Below are positions 45,764 through 59,837 of a stretch of DNA of 64,000 nucleotides, piece after piece. The notes under the pieces were generated by a model, which was not told the DNA's origin, made no database searches, and saw nothing but the letters and a program-made list of their open reading frames with translations. Both the position numbers and the translations under genes were made by a program. Every line of letters begins with the position of its first letter. Positions within the stretch are counted from its first letter, which is position 1. This DNA is from Eledone cirrhosa. Taxonomy: Eukaryota. Location of the stretch: assembly GCA_964016885.1 (NCBI GenBank), contig OZ024745.1:70432001-70496000 (forward strand), read 5' to 3'.

Positions 45764-45940
45764 TGACAGTATCGGTAGAGGGTCGGACATGCTTTCCAGC
45801 ATAGTTACGTCCCTTTACGATCTGAGTTCAAATCCCGCCGAAGATAACATTGCCTTTCATCCTTATGGGCTCGATAAAATAAAGTACCAGTAATGTACTG
45901 GGGATTTGCTGGCCTTGTGTCAAAAGTAGAAACAATTATT
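45764..45940 (+). mobile_element. SINE family A
   Basis: Matches the consensus; imperfect TSD ATTATTTAA(A/C)TAA at 45751-45763 and 45935-45947. Confidence 0.9.
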
Positions 45941-47326
45941 TAACTAAAAATGGTAATTATTCATCATACTGCTTAGATAGGCGTCAGTTACAAAGAAATT
46001 TAGAGCCACTGCCCGCTGTGAATTTAACTTGCTAGATATAGCAGTTAAAATCTTCCACGTATTACATACTGCTGTCGTGAAAAAGGAAATAACGCATTGG
46101 CTAAAAACCAACATCAACGACAACAATATCAAACACGACGACAACATCAATAACAACAGCGACAACATCGTCAACGGCAGCAACGACGACAAAGTCAACA
46201 TCAACGACGACAATAATAACAATAACTGCAAATAAATTAATACAAAGCAATATATCAGGAGATTTGACTTTTAGTACACATTATAAATTTTAAAAAGACC
46301 AGAGACACAATTTAAAAGTACATGTGAACAGAGTCCAATAAATATTTGAAACACATAACAACGGTATATCCGTTCCAAGAAAAAATTAGATTATCATATA
46401 CATTCATAATTATGCTAAAACTATTGATTGATAGCTAATCGATTTTCGGGGTTGTGGGTCGGTAGATTCGGCAAAGAAGCGCATAAAATGGTTCAGTATA
46501 TTTTACATTCTGAGATCAAATCCGGTCGAATATTTACAAAAATAGGAGAATGATGGCTGTGAATATATAATCCCTATGTATATACATATTTAGGATAGAA
46601 AATAATAGATGGCTATGCGATACCTTAAATGAGATGAAAAGAGGCAGCTAATCGTATACAATGGAATGGTGACTAAAGAATATATAAAAATAATCAAAAT
46701 TAATAAACTGCCAACATGATGCAAGGTACATAATTTATAGATACTGTGGTCTTATGCTACAGTGGAAAAACAGGGTGAGTGTTTATTCAGTATTTTAGTT
46801 TTTCTGTAGGAAAAAAACTTTCTGCATGGAATTACGACGTGTCCGTAAATAACCATTAAGGATACAGTTCCATAAAATCTCAGTGTCTTTTCCGAAATAT
46901 TTGTGTATATGGTTATATGTGTCTCCTAATAAGATGTATACAAAACCATACTTTGATAATCACCGCATGCACTAGAATATATTCGCATGAATGTATGAAT
47001 GAAAATATTTATATCTGTTAGGCATAGATAAAAAGCAATAATTTATCAATGTTTGTAAAACCAGTTTTCATACGCAGATTACAATATTTTTACGACATTA
47101 ATGAATTTCAAAAAGTAAATGCTGTCAGAAGATCAAAAGAAAATTAATTGTGTTCTAAAAGCACATTACATTGTGAATAGTGTTTAGTAGTATGTATTGA
47201 CAAATGGTATAACTGAATAACTTTATCTAGATAAAACATACAATCGGACAGACATGCATACAGGTGGTCGGATAGATGTAAGTAAAAATACATACAAAAT
47301 GCATACGTGTGCATATATGTATATAC

Positions 47327-47383
<57 letters not shown>

Positions 47384-47411
47384 TGTGTGTGTGTGCTTTT
47401 GTGTGTGTGTA

Positions 47412-47587
47412 TCCCGGGTTCCATCGGGGGTAACCACAGTAAGTAAGGTACTCAATACATAGCAGAGTATAAATATTGAAATAGTTCTGGTCCTGTACAA
47501 GCCATTTCTATATTAAACTTGATGTTACCACTGTTCAAATGTACTGAGTACCTTACTAACTGTGTTTAATCCCGATTGAAACCGGCG
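47412..47587. mobile_element. Older degenerate palindrome of fold-back family P2
   Basis: GGTAACCACAGTAAG...GGTACTCAATACATAGCAG pairs imperfectly with TGAGTACCTTACT...CCCGATTGAAACCGG; homologous to 48001-48250. Confidence 0.75.
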
Positions 47588-47615
47588 CTCTCTCTCACTC
47601 ACACACATTATATAT

Positions 47616-47845
47616 ATAACGAAGGAAGTGTGGTAAGGAACCATATGGACCATAACGCACCAGAGTACTCAATACTTAGGGTAGTAGAGTGGGTAATAGG
47701 AAATAGTTCAAGAACCCCTATGGCAGAGCTCAAGCCGTTTCGACGGCTATTTCTGGACTACAGTCCAGAAATAGCTCCAGAAATAACTCTAGTCCAGAAA
47801 TAGCCGTCGAAATGGCCTGAGCTCTGCCGTCGGGATCTTGAACGT
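47616..47845. mobile_element. Fold-back family P1 copy with terminal hairpin
   Basis: ATAACGAAGGAAGTGTGGTAAGGAACC...GAGCTCAAGCCGTTTCG matches 24782-24905; 47706-47843 is self-complementary. Confidence 0.9.
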
Positions 47846-47877
47846 TTATATATATATATAATATAGAAGAGCTTTTA

Positions 47878-47916
<39 letters not shown>

Positions 47917-47960
47917 TCTTACTTGAATAATGGCCATATTAATTTTAATTAGTAACATCT

Positions 47961-48000
<40 letters not shown>

Positions 48001-48076
48001 TTATTCTGGGTTGAATCGGAGGTAACCACAGTAAGGTACTCAATATATAGCAGAGTATAACAGTTTTAATATACAA

Positions 48077-48129
48077 GAGCTTCTACGGGACTAGAACTGT
48101 TTCATTCGTGAGAAATCATCAGGAAGCTC
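48077..48129 (-). ncRNA. Minimal type I hammerhead ribozyme candidate
   Basis: Minus strand reads GAGCUUC-CUGAUGA-U UUC UCAC GAA U-GAAA-CAG UUCUAGUC CCG-UA-GAAGCUC. Stem I is a perfect 7 bp with a GUA triplet; there is one mismatch in stem III and U.U at the base of stem II. Confidence 0.7.
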
Positions 48130-48175
48130 CTGATGATTTCTCACGAATGAAACAGTTCTAGTCCTGTAGAAGCTC
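48123..48175 (+). ncRNA. Minimal type I hammerhead ribozyme candidate (mirror copy)
   Basis: CUGAUGA 48130-48136, GAAA 48149-48152, stem III ACAG/CUGU, GUA 48166-48168; stem I is weakened at the palindrome junction. Confidence 0.6.
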
Positions 48176-50425
48176 TTGTATATTAAAACTGTTATACTCT
48201 GCTATATATTGAGTACCTTACTGTGGTTACCTCCGATTCAACCCGGAATAACTTATATATATATATATACATAAGATGTTACTAATTAAAATTAATATGC
48301 CCATTATTCAAGTAAGACCATAATAACATGTGTGTGTAGGCATGCATGCGTCAGCGGGGTATGTATGAATAGAGGACAGGACAACCTTTTTTAAACAAAT
48401 TATATTGAATACAAACTCTAGGATTTTACATATTACCTTAGTAGTCCTTTTTTCATTGGGAAAAGACTTTCTAATCCATTACTCTTATAACGGTTCTAGA
48501 TCTACTACCCTCCCCAAAATATAAAATTTATACTAATAGCGTGTTCACGCAACTTTCAATTCGTTGACAGTAACAATGATTATATTTTTAACAGACGATA
48601 TTTTTTAAGCTGCCATAATATAAATCAAAATCAATACGTATACAAAGGACGGAAATTTAATGTGATTCCTGCCAACCTTAGCAGCGCTCCTATTACTATG
48701 TTGCTCAAACTATGCAATCAAAATCTATCAATATGCTATTAAAGATGCATATAAAAAACTGATGTTCACACACAGCTGTCAATTTACTCTCACTATTTGA
48801 AAAAGACATTATTTATTAAATTTTTCAGGCTAACAAAACTTGCCATTAAATGAAATAATACCACTCATGACTTCACCCTCGATTAATTGCAACATAATTC
48901 TTATATGTGTCTCCAATTCTACCACCACGATCAACACAAGTTTTCCTGATTATACTTTCATTACCTCTGCAACACCATCTGCTGACGTCCTTAATAACAC
49001 GTCCTCAAATTCAATTATCTGAGTTACACTTACTTTTTAAAAATATTTTCCCAGTTCAAATGCTGCCTCATCTCTCACTATATTAATCCATTTCTGTAAT
49101 GTGGATATTTAGTTGCGATACCGTATGGTTCACAACTATAGTTAGATTTTTACTGAATCCCTCATTAGTAAGTGATAATATAGACAGATGTATGAACAGC
49201 CCTAGTCGGTTACCATTTAACAACAGTTCATCAACCAGCACCGACTATGCTTTAGATCATAGTATGGCACGCAATATATTCAATAAAATTGTAGGTGAAG
49301 GAGTGTTTTTCTGGTGGTTATCGTGTTCGATTCATAACCGTAAATTCATGTATTCATGTATTATCTCACTGGATCAGCTGCTGCATTGGGATCTTGGGTA
49401 AGATGCTTCATTTCCTGTTGCTTTACACAGTAGGGCTGAGGCCCCTATCATTACGACAGCGAAAACTCCTATGTGAAGCTAGCTGTTAAGAGGCCAGCAA
49501 AATCTTCATAGGTAGTGAGCAGTAAATTTAACTTTTTGTGAAGGGGTGGGTGAATTGGTATAAACAGTAGAGTCGTGTAGTACTTTCCATTCACATTGAC
49601 CATTTCTCTACCGTATTTCCTAAGTTTAAATCCTGCTGGAGTCAACAAATGCACTTCAGGTATTCTAATCAATTATAAATCAGAGTTTAGTTTTGTGAAA
49701 GATGGGATTAAATCAGTTAGTAATTGCTAGAAAAGTACTTACTACTGTCGACCATGATGTATTTATTTATAGTCTTTCACACGGGTACAAGTAAATCAGT
49801 ATAGTTAAGAGATTTGCTTGTTACATAAGTGGTTTCGGGTTTAATTTCAGTGCGCCACAACTTAGGAATGTATCTTCTAACGTTGCCTGGCGTTGAGAGA
49901 AGAAAACTACGCAGAGATAGCTTTAATAACAAACTACCTAGAAGCGTATCCGAGGGTCTCTTTCATATCCATTGCCAGATATAACAACACCGCGTGGCGA
50001 TTCGGTACTTTTAGCAAGGTCCACGCTGTTGAGATCATTTAGATCAGGTTCATTGTTCAAAAATAATTAATTCCCTTATTCCAACAGTATCGTTATTCCT
50101 TCGAAGGGACCCCATTTTACCTTCTTTAATTTACAATTGTTTTGACCTATGTCATTCCCGAAATTAATGTAAGTTACAATAATAACTAGTATGAAATGCA
50201 CATTAAAATCTCTTGCGCCATCATGCAACACATATATATATTAAACATCACTATCGTAAATTCTCAATACTCCTACACTTAATTTCATGCATATTTATAT
50301 TTGATCAGATATCAACATTTCTACATTTTCTCCACTCCGTTTGTATCTAATTTCGTTTCCGCATATATATTACTAATATCATGTGGAAAAAAGTAAGATT
50401 TTGACGAAACTTTAAAGTAACTGCC

Positions 50426-50470
<45 letters not shown>

Positions 50471-50573
50471 ACACATACACAACCCCGCACACCTCTACAA
50501 AATTGGTCGAAAAAGCAACTGTTTGCAGTTTTATAATATATAGCTGGAATAAAGACACACAGATACACACACG

Positions 50574-50725
<152 letters not shown>

Positions 50726-50733
50726 TTCTTTAG

Positions 50734-50843
50734 TAATAATTGTTTCTACTTTTGGCACAAAGCCAGCAATTACCCCAGTGTATTACTGGTACTTTATTTT
50801 ATCGAACCCGTAAGGATGAAAGGCAAAGTTAACCTCGGCGAGA
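50734..50843 (-). mobile_element. SINE family A, 5'-truncated, within (GATA)n
   Basis: Reverse-complement core and tail between GATA tracts. Confidence 0.9.
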
Positions 50844-51524
50844 TAGATAGATAGATTATTTAACTGGTCTAAGTCAGTTGGCTTCGGCAATGATCCTGAC
50901 ACTGAAATATATTTTTCATATTTCAAATAGAAAAAAGCGTGTGCGACTGAACATGCAGCACTGACTTGATTCTATCTGTGAAGCAGGCGGTCTGGCGCCG
51001 GCCTGCTTCTGATTTCACCCAGTCAAGGAAAGTTGAACCTCGTGACAGCTCATGCTGATAAGGCTGAGAATGAATGCGTAAACAACTCGCCATAAACCCA
51101 GCCTTCTGTGAGCGCATGACTTTATTCTCCTATGTTTCAAATCTAAGTGGAATTTCCTCTATCATTTTACTGTATCGTAGCAAGTTATCTGCGTATTCCA
51201 TTTATTATATGCGAACGTAAAAAAAACAATACGCCGAAAGATTACAATACAATTTCTATATGTTAACTAGTATACATTTTTTCCCTTGCTTTATTGAAAA
51301 TTATTGGATAAAGATATGGATCTCACTCTTGTTTTCTCTAAAGTGGGGAACTTAACTGGCCGATGCAGAATTTTATGGGCGTAAAATATCCATGTTCCTG
51401 GCAAAATAGTTCGACTAGATTTATGTAGTAATGAATAAAACTGATCAGTGTCTATAGTCTAATCTGATTAGCTATTCATCAAGTGTGATAAACGACCTAT
51501 ATATTCACGACATATGGGGGGGGG

Positions 51525-51860
51525 GGAGCCTGGCTGAGTGGTTAAAAAGCTTGCTCGCAATTATGAGGTATCGTCCTTGATTCCATTGACTGACGTCTTC
51601 AGCAATTGTCTTTACTCTAGCCTCAGGTTCTAACAATATTTATCATTGGAATTGAGTACACGAAAACTGTGTGTTAGCCCGTGGGATAGATTGTATCCAT
51701 TATTTAAAGGACCTGTCTTTTCACCTGTTAGTCCATGGAGAATTTGATAATTATGTTAAGGGTTTACGTGTCTGTCAAATCCTCAACCATTAAGAAGTTA
51801 ATTCACAAGCGGAGGTTCAGTTAATAAAGTGACACAAATTTAATCACCAAAACAGACGAA
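51525..51860 (+). mobile_element. Diverged SINE family B-like element
   Basis: Head TGGCTGAGTGGTTAA; the 3' part resembles 5680-5800. Confidence 0.55.
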
Positions 51861-53108
51861 GAAAACATATATTCACGAAGGTCCAAAATTCTGTTCGAAT
51901 GAATTATTAGTTACTTTATATCGCTCAAAATGGTCTATATTCTTGTTTTCATCATTTTATCAAGATTTAGTAATTTTCATTGGATGCAGAATCTCACAAC
52001 TGTTAAGAACATTGTATGTATGCTTTGTTTCAAGAGGCAAGTGTTCATATCACATCATATCTGTTTGGGCTTTTACATCAGATTAATGTTCGTTATCTCA
52101 GATTTATCACAAACTGTGTTATTTTTCTGATTTTAACTTTCACTTTATGAATGATAAATGATATTCAAACGGTTTCATGCTACAATACTACGTTCATTTG
52201 GCAATATTCTCCAGAATTCCTATTACTTTTAGATATGAAGCTAAACGTTACAGAAATGCAGCAATTTACAACAGGCTGTCATGGCGATAACAAAACGTTG
52301 AGATACGGATAGTTTAATGTGGGTATTTTTCTGGAGGGGGCTTTTTTGTTTCCTTGTGTTGATTTCTTTGCTTTTATCTAGTTTTATTTATTTATATATT
52401 TATTTATTTATTTATTCATTCATTTATTGATATTGCATTTGTTATTGTAATATGAGGTAGATGCTCGTCAGTAACTCTGCATTTAACTGTTAGCTCAATA
52501 GATTTCATAGTGCTTTAATAGCTTTCCCAAGTTGTATTGATTCATATATGAGTGTCCAGACAAAATGCCCAGGAGAGCGTGGCAACCAAATAAAGTTTAC
52601 TTCTCCAGTGGTTTAATAACTCTAAAAATAGATCATAATTGGCGAAAAATATAAAGGAATAGCAATCAATAACCTACAGAGTCGTTAACTAGACAACGTA
52701 TTTATGTACATATATGTATATTATATATATTCATATTATATATATACACATATATATATATATATATACATACATATATATATACATACATATATATATA
52801 TATATATATATGTATGTATATATCATATATATATATTAATAATATATTATGTATATATGTGTGTGTTGTGTGGATTGTTTCTATATAATTGTCTACATAA
52901 ATGTTTGTGTTTGTGAGAATGTTCTAGTAAAGTTGCATAAGTGTTCGTGGGTGTGTGCAAACGCGCATGTTTAATAACAATGTGTGGGAGAGAATGTATG
53001 AATTTCACCAATTATAAGAATTCAACACATAAACAGACACACATCGATTTATAGAACATTTTAATATGCACATACATACTAAGCATGGGCACTCACTTTA
53101 TACACATG

Positions 53109-53208
<100 letters not shown>

Positions 53209-53278
53209 CATATATATATATACATATATATATATACATATATATATATGTGTGTGTGTGTGTAGATATATATGTAAG

Positions 53279-53312
<34 letters not shown>

Positions 53313-54047
53313 TGTGTGTGTATATGTAGGTATATATGTGTAGGAGTGGGGTGTAAGTATCTACGCATGTGGGCATGTATATATGGGCATGTATGGATAA
53401 AATGTACAAGCGATATTACAGCAAAATCTGTATTCATATATAAATCATTACGAAAAAGGGTAACGGCAAAGAAATAATTTCTATATAACACATATAATTT
53501 AAACCATAATCCTAAACTTTGCATCAGTTCTTTTTCACTCTTTCGAAACATAATGTTGTATTTTAAATGACCATATAGTATACAAAGCTATTAGTTTTAT
53601 ACATTCTTTCTTTCACGCTGCCAAGTTCGATATTACTTAAACCCAGTAAAGACTCAAGTTTTATTACACCAACTTTCTTTTTAAACTCTATACTGCGTAA
53701 CAGAATTTCTAACATTTTTATAGAAAGGTCTTATGAATATATCTATATAGTTTCCTTTAACGATTTTCATACATATCGGCGTATTAGAAGCATACATATC
53801 ACTCTTTTATATTATATGATCTATAATTTTGGTGTTTTTGAATACAACTTCATACCTTAATATTTGGTTCTTTTACATTTCTTATCTACCACATTTATCG
53901 AAATATCTTTTGCAATTTTTTTTTTTTGGGGGGGGGGGGGGGGGTGTGTGTTAAATTAGTGATATATATATATGTACAATTTGTTCACATTAGAATAAGA
54001 TTTTACGATTTTACATGGAACTCTCATAAAATCAAATTTCCGTATAC

Positions 54048-54103
<56 letters not shown>

Positions 54104-56191
54104 ATGTATATAATTTAACGTAGATAAAAATACAACTAAATTCTGATGTAACATTTATAATCAGATCTAGAATACATACAATAAACAAGTATTGGTATTT
54201 GGTGTCTAATGCTTGGCTAGTATTAATTAAACATAAGTCCACAATGTTACCGCTCAAACGTATTAAAGTTTCATTTCCTTTCATTTTACACTATACAAAG
54301 CTGACTGGCAATTTTTTATTTTTAAATGTAAGAACTTTTTTCTTAAGAACTGATAATATTTTGATGATTGCATTAGAGTTACAAGTAATATAGAATAAAA
54401 TGTAATGGTCTAATATTATTGTATATAATTTAAATTTATTTATTTACGTTCGTGTATACTGCATATCCTGCAAGTTCCGAGTAGCTTATCAGATATTCTG
54501 TGAGGTTACTAGACTCATGTTCATCCTTATTCATTTCGGAAGAATGAGACGCTTTTTATGGTCCCCGGCGACTCCTTTCACGATCCTAACTATCTTATTT
54601 GGGGTTGGGGAGTTGACCGCTCCTAGTATTTGACTGTTTTTCATTTTTTGAGTAGGTATGGTAAATAATGTTCTAAGGCAATCCTCGATTGGATTTGAAC
54701 TCAGAAGGCAAACATCTAGAACAGACTATGTAAGTCATTCCGTTAGATGATTTAACAATTGCAACAACTTTTCCTCTTATTTCGTTTGGAAACTTTAAAC
54801 ACGTATTGAAAATTACATAAATGATTTCATTTAATGATGATAATGCACTGTTTTCTAAATTAATATATAGTGTTAAATAGAAATACATAATGTTGAAATT
54901 ATAAGATACTGTAAAAGTGACATACCTCTACTGCAAGAACGCGGGGAAATGCGAACAAATGAAATATATCACCACATAGCGAAATAGCCGTGTGTCCAAA
55001 TATATGTAATCTTCACATTAACTGCTATTTGTACATTTTAAGTGGATTAAACCACTTTCAAAATGAATATATTTTTGTGAGTGTTTTGGTACTTTTAGTA
55101 ATATTTCGTAGTTAATCTCTTAATCTATATTTTTGTGCCAAATTCTATAATTAGAACAAAATCAAAATGATTTTTTCTATATGGATGAATACATACTTCC
55201 AAAATATCATTCCTGTTATATGATTGGCTAAATTATTTGATACACTCTTTATCAGGATGACAAATACAGTTTGGCTTCTCAATTAATTATATTTTACATT
55301 ATATGAATTTAATATATATCAGTAATTAGATCTTATTTTCATAGTTTTGAATTTGTTATTTGATGATAGAATATTATCATTTATTATAAACCTAAATACA
55401 TTAAAACCTTTGCAAGACGTATTTCCACGTGGTAGGTCACATGACATAATATGTCATACGATATAACGTATCACATTATGGTGTGGGTCAACATGAAACA
55501 CAATTAAAGACTTCATTTTAAGTCTACAATTGCGACACAATTTAATCTGCTCATCTGATTCATTTATTATCTTAATACAAGCAAATAAAGGAGTTTCTAT
55601 GTAGTCAAGAGATTTACTAGAAATAACATGAACATTCCCATTAAATCATATTTTTCTGGCTTTAAAACAAAGAAAGATATAGAATAATATCACCTTGAGA
55701 ACACTCAGAGAAAAGAGTGTGATGTTCACTATGAGAATACCTATGATAGCACTGCTAGAGATGACCTGGTGCTAAAATGCCAAATACCACTTTAAACGTA
55801 TTCAGATATATTTCTCTCTTCTCCCGTATATCCTGAGGAAGTCGTAGAGGCGGCATATTAACAATTGATACGCAAGGGCATTTTAAAACATGGCGGAGCC
55901 CATCTCCTCTCCAGGTCTGAATAAAGCAGATTTCTTCCAGAGAATGTTAGAGAATGGGGGAATGAAAATGAGAAAGAGATATTTAGAAAGAATTGAACCG
56001 TTTACTAGACTTGGATTTTTCTTTATCGACGTTGAAAGGGTAAAATGGAAAGTTGACCTCAGCAGGATATGAATTCAGAGAGAATAGAGTCGGACTAACT
56101 ATCACAAAACATTATATCTGACGTTCTAACGACTCTTTCAGTAATAGTTACGTTCTTGATGTATAACCTTCGCTTTATTATCTTACCCACA

Positions 56192-56301
56192 AATCCCACA
56201 GAAGTTAACTTTGCCTATCATCCATACGAGGTCGATAAAATAAAGCACCAGTAGTACACTGGGGTAATTGCTGGCCTTGTGCCAAAAGTAGAAACAATTA
56301 T
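56192..56301 (+). mobile_element. SINE family A, 5'-truncated, 15-bp TSD
   Basis: ATTATCTTACCCACA occurs at 56177-56191 and 56297-56311. Confidence 0.92.
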
Positions 56302-56810
56302 CTTACCCACATGTCATTGACTAATGTATACATTTAATAACTCGTTTGATACTAATATTGTAAATAATTAAGACAGATTTACAACACTGAAGCCTGTACT
56401 GAAAATGTATAAATATAAAACAATGAGTTCCTTAGCCAGTATCCCATAAAATCAACTGATATTTTAACATTAAACGTTGCGTTATTCGTTGGCTACTAGA
56501 GAAGATAGATAAAACACAATTATAGTTTCTTTGGGTTTTTTTTAGGACTGCCCTACACAGAGATACGTTTTATATAATGTGTGTATGCATGTATCTATGT
56601 GTGACGACAGGATCGGGTTGGCGAGGAAGTTCTGTCTCTACGCTTGCCTTCAGAATTGCATGTTAAAAAATACTAATAGACTGGATTCGATAAAATCGAT
56701 TAAATATGTAGAGGGTGCTACTCTGGAACGGCAGTTCAATAATTGAAACAAGTAAAAGGTATGCACACACACACACACATATATATATATATGTGTGTGT
56801 GTGTGCGTGT

Positions 56811-56932
56811 GAAAACGTATGGCTTAGTGGTTAGAGCATTGAGCTTACAATCGTGAGCTTGTGAGTTCAATTCCTGACCCAATTGATACCTTGAGTACAT
56901 GAGATAGACACTTTATTTTACGTTGCCCCAGT
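56811..56932 (+). mobile_element. SINE family B, 3'-truncated
   Basis: TGGCTTAGTGGTTAGAGC...GAGTTCAATTCC...GACACTTTATTTTACGTTGC. Confidence 0.8.
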
Positions 56933-57332
56933 TATATATATATATATATATATATATAATGTAGGAGGTGAGTTTTATTGTAGTACAATAAAGCAATGCA
57001 GATATCGGATAAGAGGCACTCTACAATTTGTAGGACTGGTGTATGAAATGCGCATAATAAAATACATGGAACTCTTTTAACCATCTTTTGTTCTTATATA
57101 TTATATATATATATATACATCTATATATAAAAGTGGGTGTCCATGTGTGTATCCAAGCATTACATTTGAGAAACGTGCATGTGAAGAGAATAAGTATTGT
57201 ATATCCGTGATAAAAAAGTATATTTGTGAATGTACATATATCGATAGAGACACTAAAATGCAACCCATTTTCATCCAAACTTCCTCATTAATATGTATTT
57301 TACTTTACAATCTATCATTCTCTTCTCTCCTC

Positions 57333-57422
<90 letters not shown>

Positions 57423-58963
57423 GTATATATATATATGTATGTATATGTATACATGCATATTAATTGTAACACTATACCTGTGTACCAAAACATTCCAGCA
57501 TGCTTCTCGATTCGACGTAACTATTTTCATTATACCAATTTTTTTGACAGGTTAAGTTCCTCACTCCATCATTTAGACATTTACGTTACAGTGATGTTAC
57601 TACAGCAAGAATCTATGAAATGTTATTTTATATTTCATGATTCACAAATCAAAAGAAATCAAAATATCTATCAATGGCCTAGATAGCAATAGATTGTCAT
57701 AGATATGTTCTATGTAGCGATCCTCTCAACCCACACACACTTACATAAACTCAAATTCACACTCACACACCACACATCATTGAGCTTAGATATTCACTTC
57801 ATACGTATTCTCATGGCTGGTTGAATATACATATATTTTCCTTGTGTTTAATATGTCAATAAAGCTATTAGTTTACGAATAAAATGTTTTTATCATTTAT
57901 TCGATATCTGCCAAGTGTTTATAGTAGTTTTCGGCATTTTAACACGAAATTGTTACTTGTCAAACCCCCTCCTGGTAATCGGCGATGCATTTGAGCTTTA
58001 TATTTATTACTATAGGAATGAACGTTTTGAAAGTTCCATATTACTTTCCACTGACAATATATATTTGAGAGAGCTCATGACAATGAATTTCTTTTATAGA
58101 ATAGTATTTCAATAATAATAATTGAAGAATTGATATACAATGAAGTAGTATTTTCTATGAAGTTATGTGAGTAAATTTGAGTTCAGGGGTCTTGTAATCA
58201 CAGCAAAATTTAATTACTTCTGCACATATCATTTACAATATTTGATTCTTTGTTTAAATAAATAAAAACATTTTGTTGGACGCTGCTTTTTAATACGATC
58301 TTTCTCGAATTCATGTTCTGTGTTTACATAACCAAAAGAAAACAAAATGATTAGTTGTTTGGTAATTAATAAAATTAATCCACTTATTTTTATTTCAAGA
58401 TATATTTCTTGGGGATATACTGAGCCAATAATAATAATAGAGTAATTATTAATAATAACGAAGTCTCTAAAATTCATAAAGTTGGGTGAATTCCAGACAG
58501 TATGTGAAAAGTAGCACGGCTCTTGTAAATAGGGCTCTCTATCTCTGCCAAGTAATTTTGGTCTATATAAAAGGTAACTCTTGGCAAAGAATGCTGAAGT
58601 AAATGCCACACCACACCCCGATAAACAAATATACAACAAAATGTAGTCGTGTGAATTCTAACGGTCAAACTGCTCTAAATTTCATTGACCACAAACTAAA
58701 TAATTGAAATTAAGATGAAGTGCCGTATTCCTCGGGCATTATTAAATCGCAGGAATGAAATCTCACTAAGCATCTTTAAGGCTTCTTTCAAATGTATTTT
58801 TATTAATTTTCTTATATTACCATTTTCATCTGTCAATCTTCACAAATTCTCATACATTTTTCATTCTGCCCTCAACTATTTGAAAAACTTCCTCTCCTTT
58901 CATTCAGAACGTTAGTACAATCTTCCATACACACACCAATTATTCATATTCAGTTCCGAGAAT

Positions 58964-59015
<52 letters not shown>

Positions 59016-59019
<4 letters not shown>

Positions 59020-59520
59020 GACGTAAAATAAGAAAATAATAAAAATTAACTTACTTACTAAAATTTCACTCCAAATAATTAGTTTCTGAAAGGGAATAAA
59101 CATGGTTTCCGAATGGAACTCATGGAGAAGGCCTTTCGTCATCAGGGAAGTCTATTCTCAGCTATAGTTCATAGTAATAGTTCGGCTACTGTCTTCTTAA
59201 CACCCCACTCCTCACTGATTAACCTCGATGTCACGTGATTGATTCTTTTGAATTTGCCACCGACCAAGTAGGCAGTGATTTTTTCAATGTCTTGGAACTT
59301 AGTCCTCGCTTGCTTTTTTCCATACACTGAATTATTTTTGTATAAGTTCCCTGTGTCCACGCTTGCCTGGGAACTTAGCTGAGAATAGACTTCCCTGATG
59401 ACGAAAGGCCTTCTCCATGAGTTCCATTCGGAAACCATGTTTATTCCCTTTCAGAAACAAATTAGTTGGAGTGAAATTTTAGTAAGTTAATTTTTATAAT
59501 TTTCTTATTTTACGTCTTTC
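59016..59520. mobile_element. Inverted repeat (~148-bp arms) with a unique ~210-bp spacer, next to (TA)n
   Basis: 59016-59164 matches the reverse complement of 59376-59520 with few differences; the arms carry CTGATGA...GAAAC. Confidence 0.93.
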
Positions 59521-59636
59521 ATATAATTGTTCTGCATCCCCTTGCATTGAACCTCAAAGTTACTAAAACAAAACCTATATAGTTGCTAGCATAGGTATGC
59601 ATCCGTATATATATGTTGGTTGATATACTAATTCTT

Positions 59637-59737
<101 letters not shown>

Positions 59738-59769
59738 CTATGTATATACATATACATATATATATATGT

Positions 59770-59837
<68 letters not shown>

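Larger units (their letters stand above)
47912..48322. mobile_element. Near-perfect ~410-bp palindrome (family P2), centre about 48126
   Basis: Arms are reverse complements with a few substitutions and unequal internal (TA)n lengths; the centre is CATCAGGA-AGC-TCCTGATG. Confidence 0.97.

Noticed and set aside
45944-46235. Asn/Asp-rich and Leu-rich ORFs
   Set aside because: Derived from a degenerate (AAC/GAC)n trinucleotide tract.
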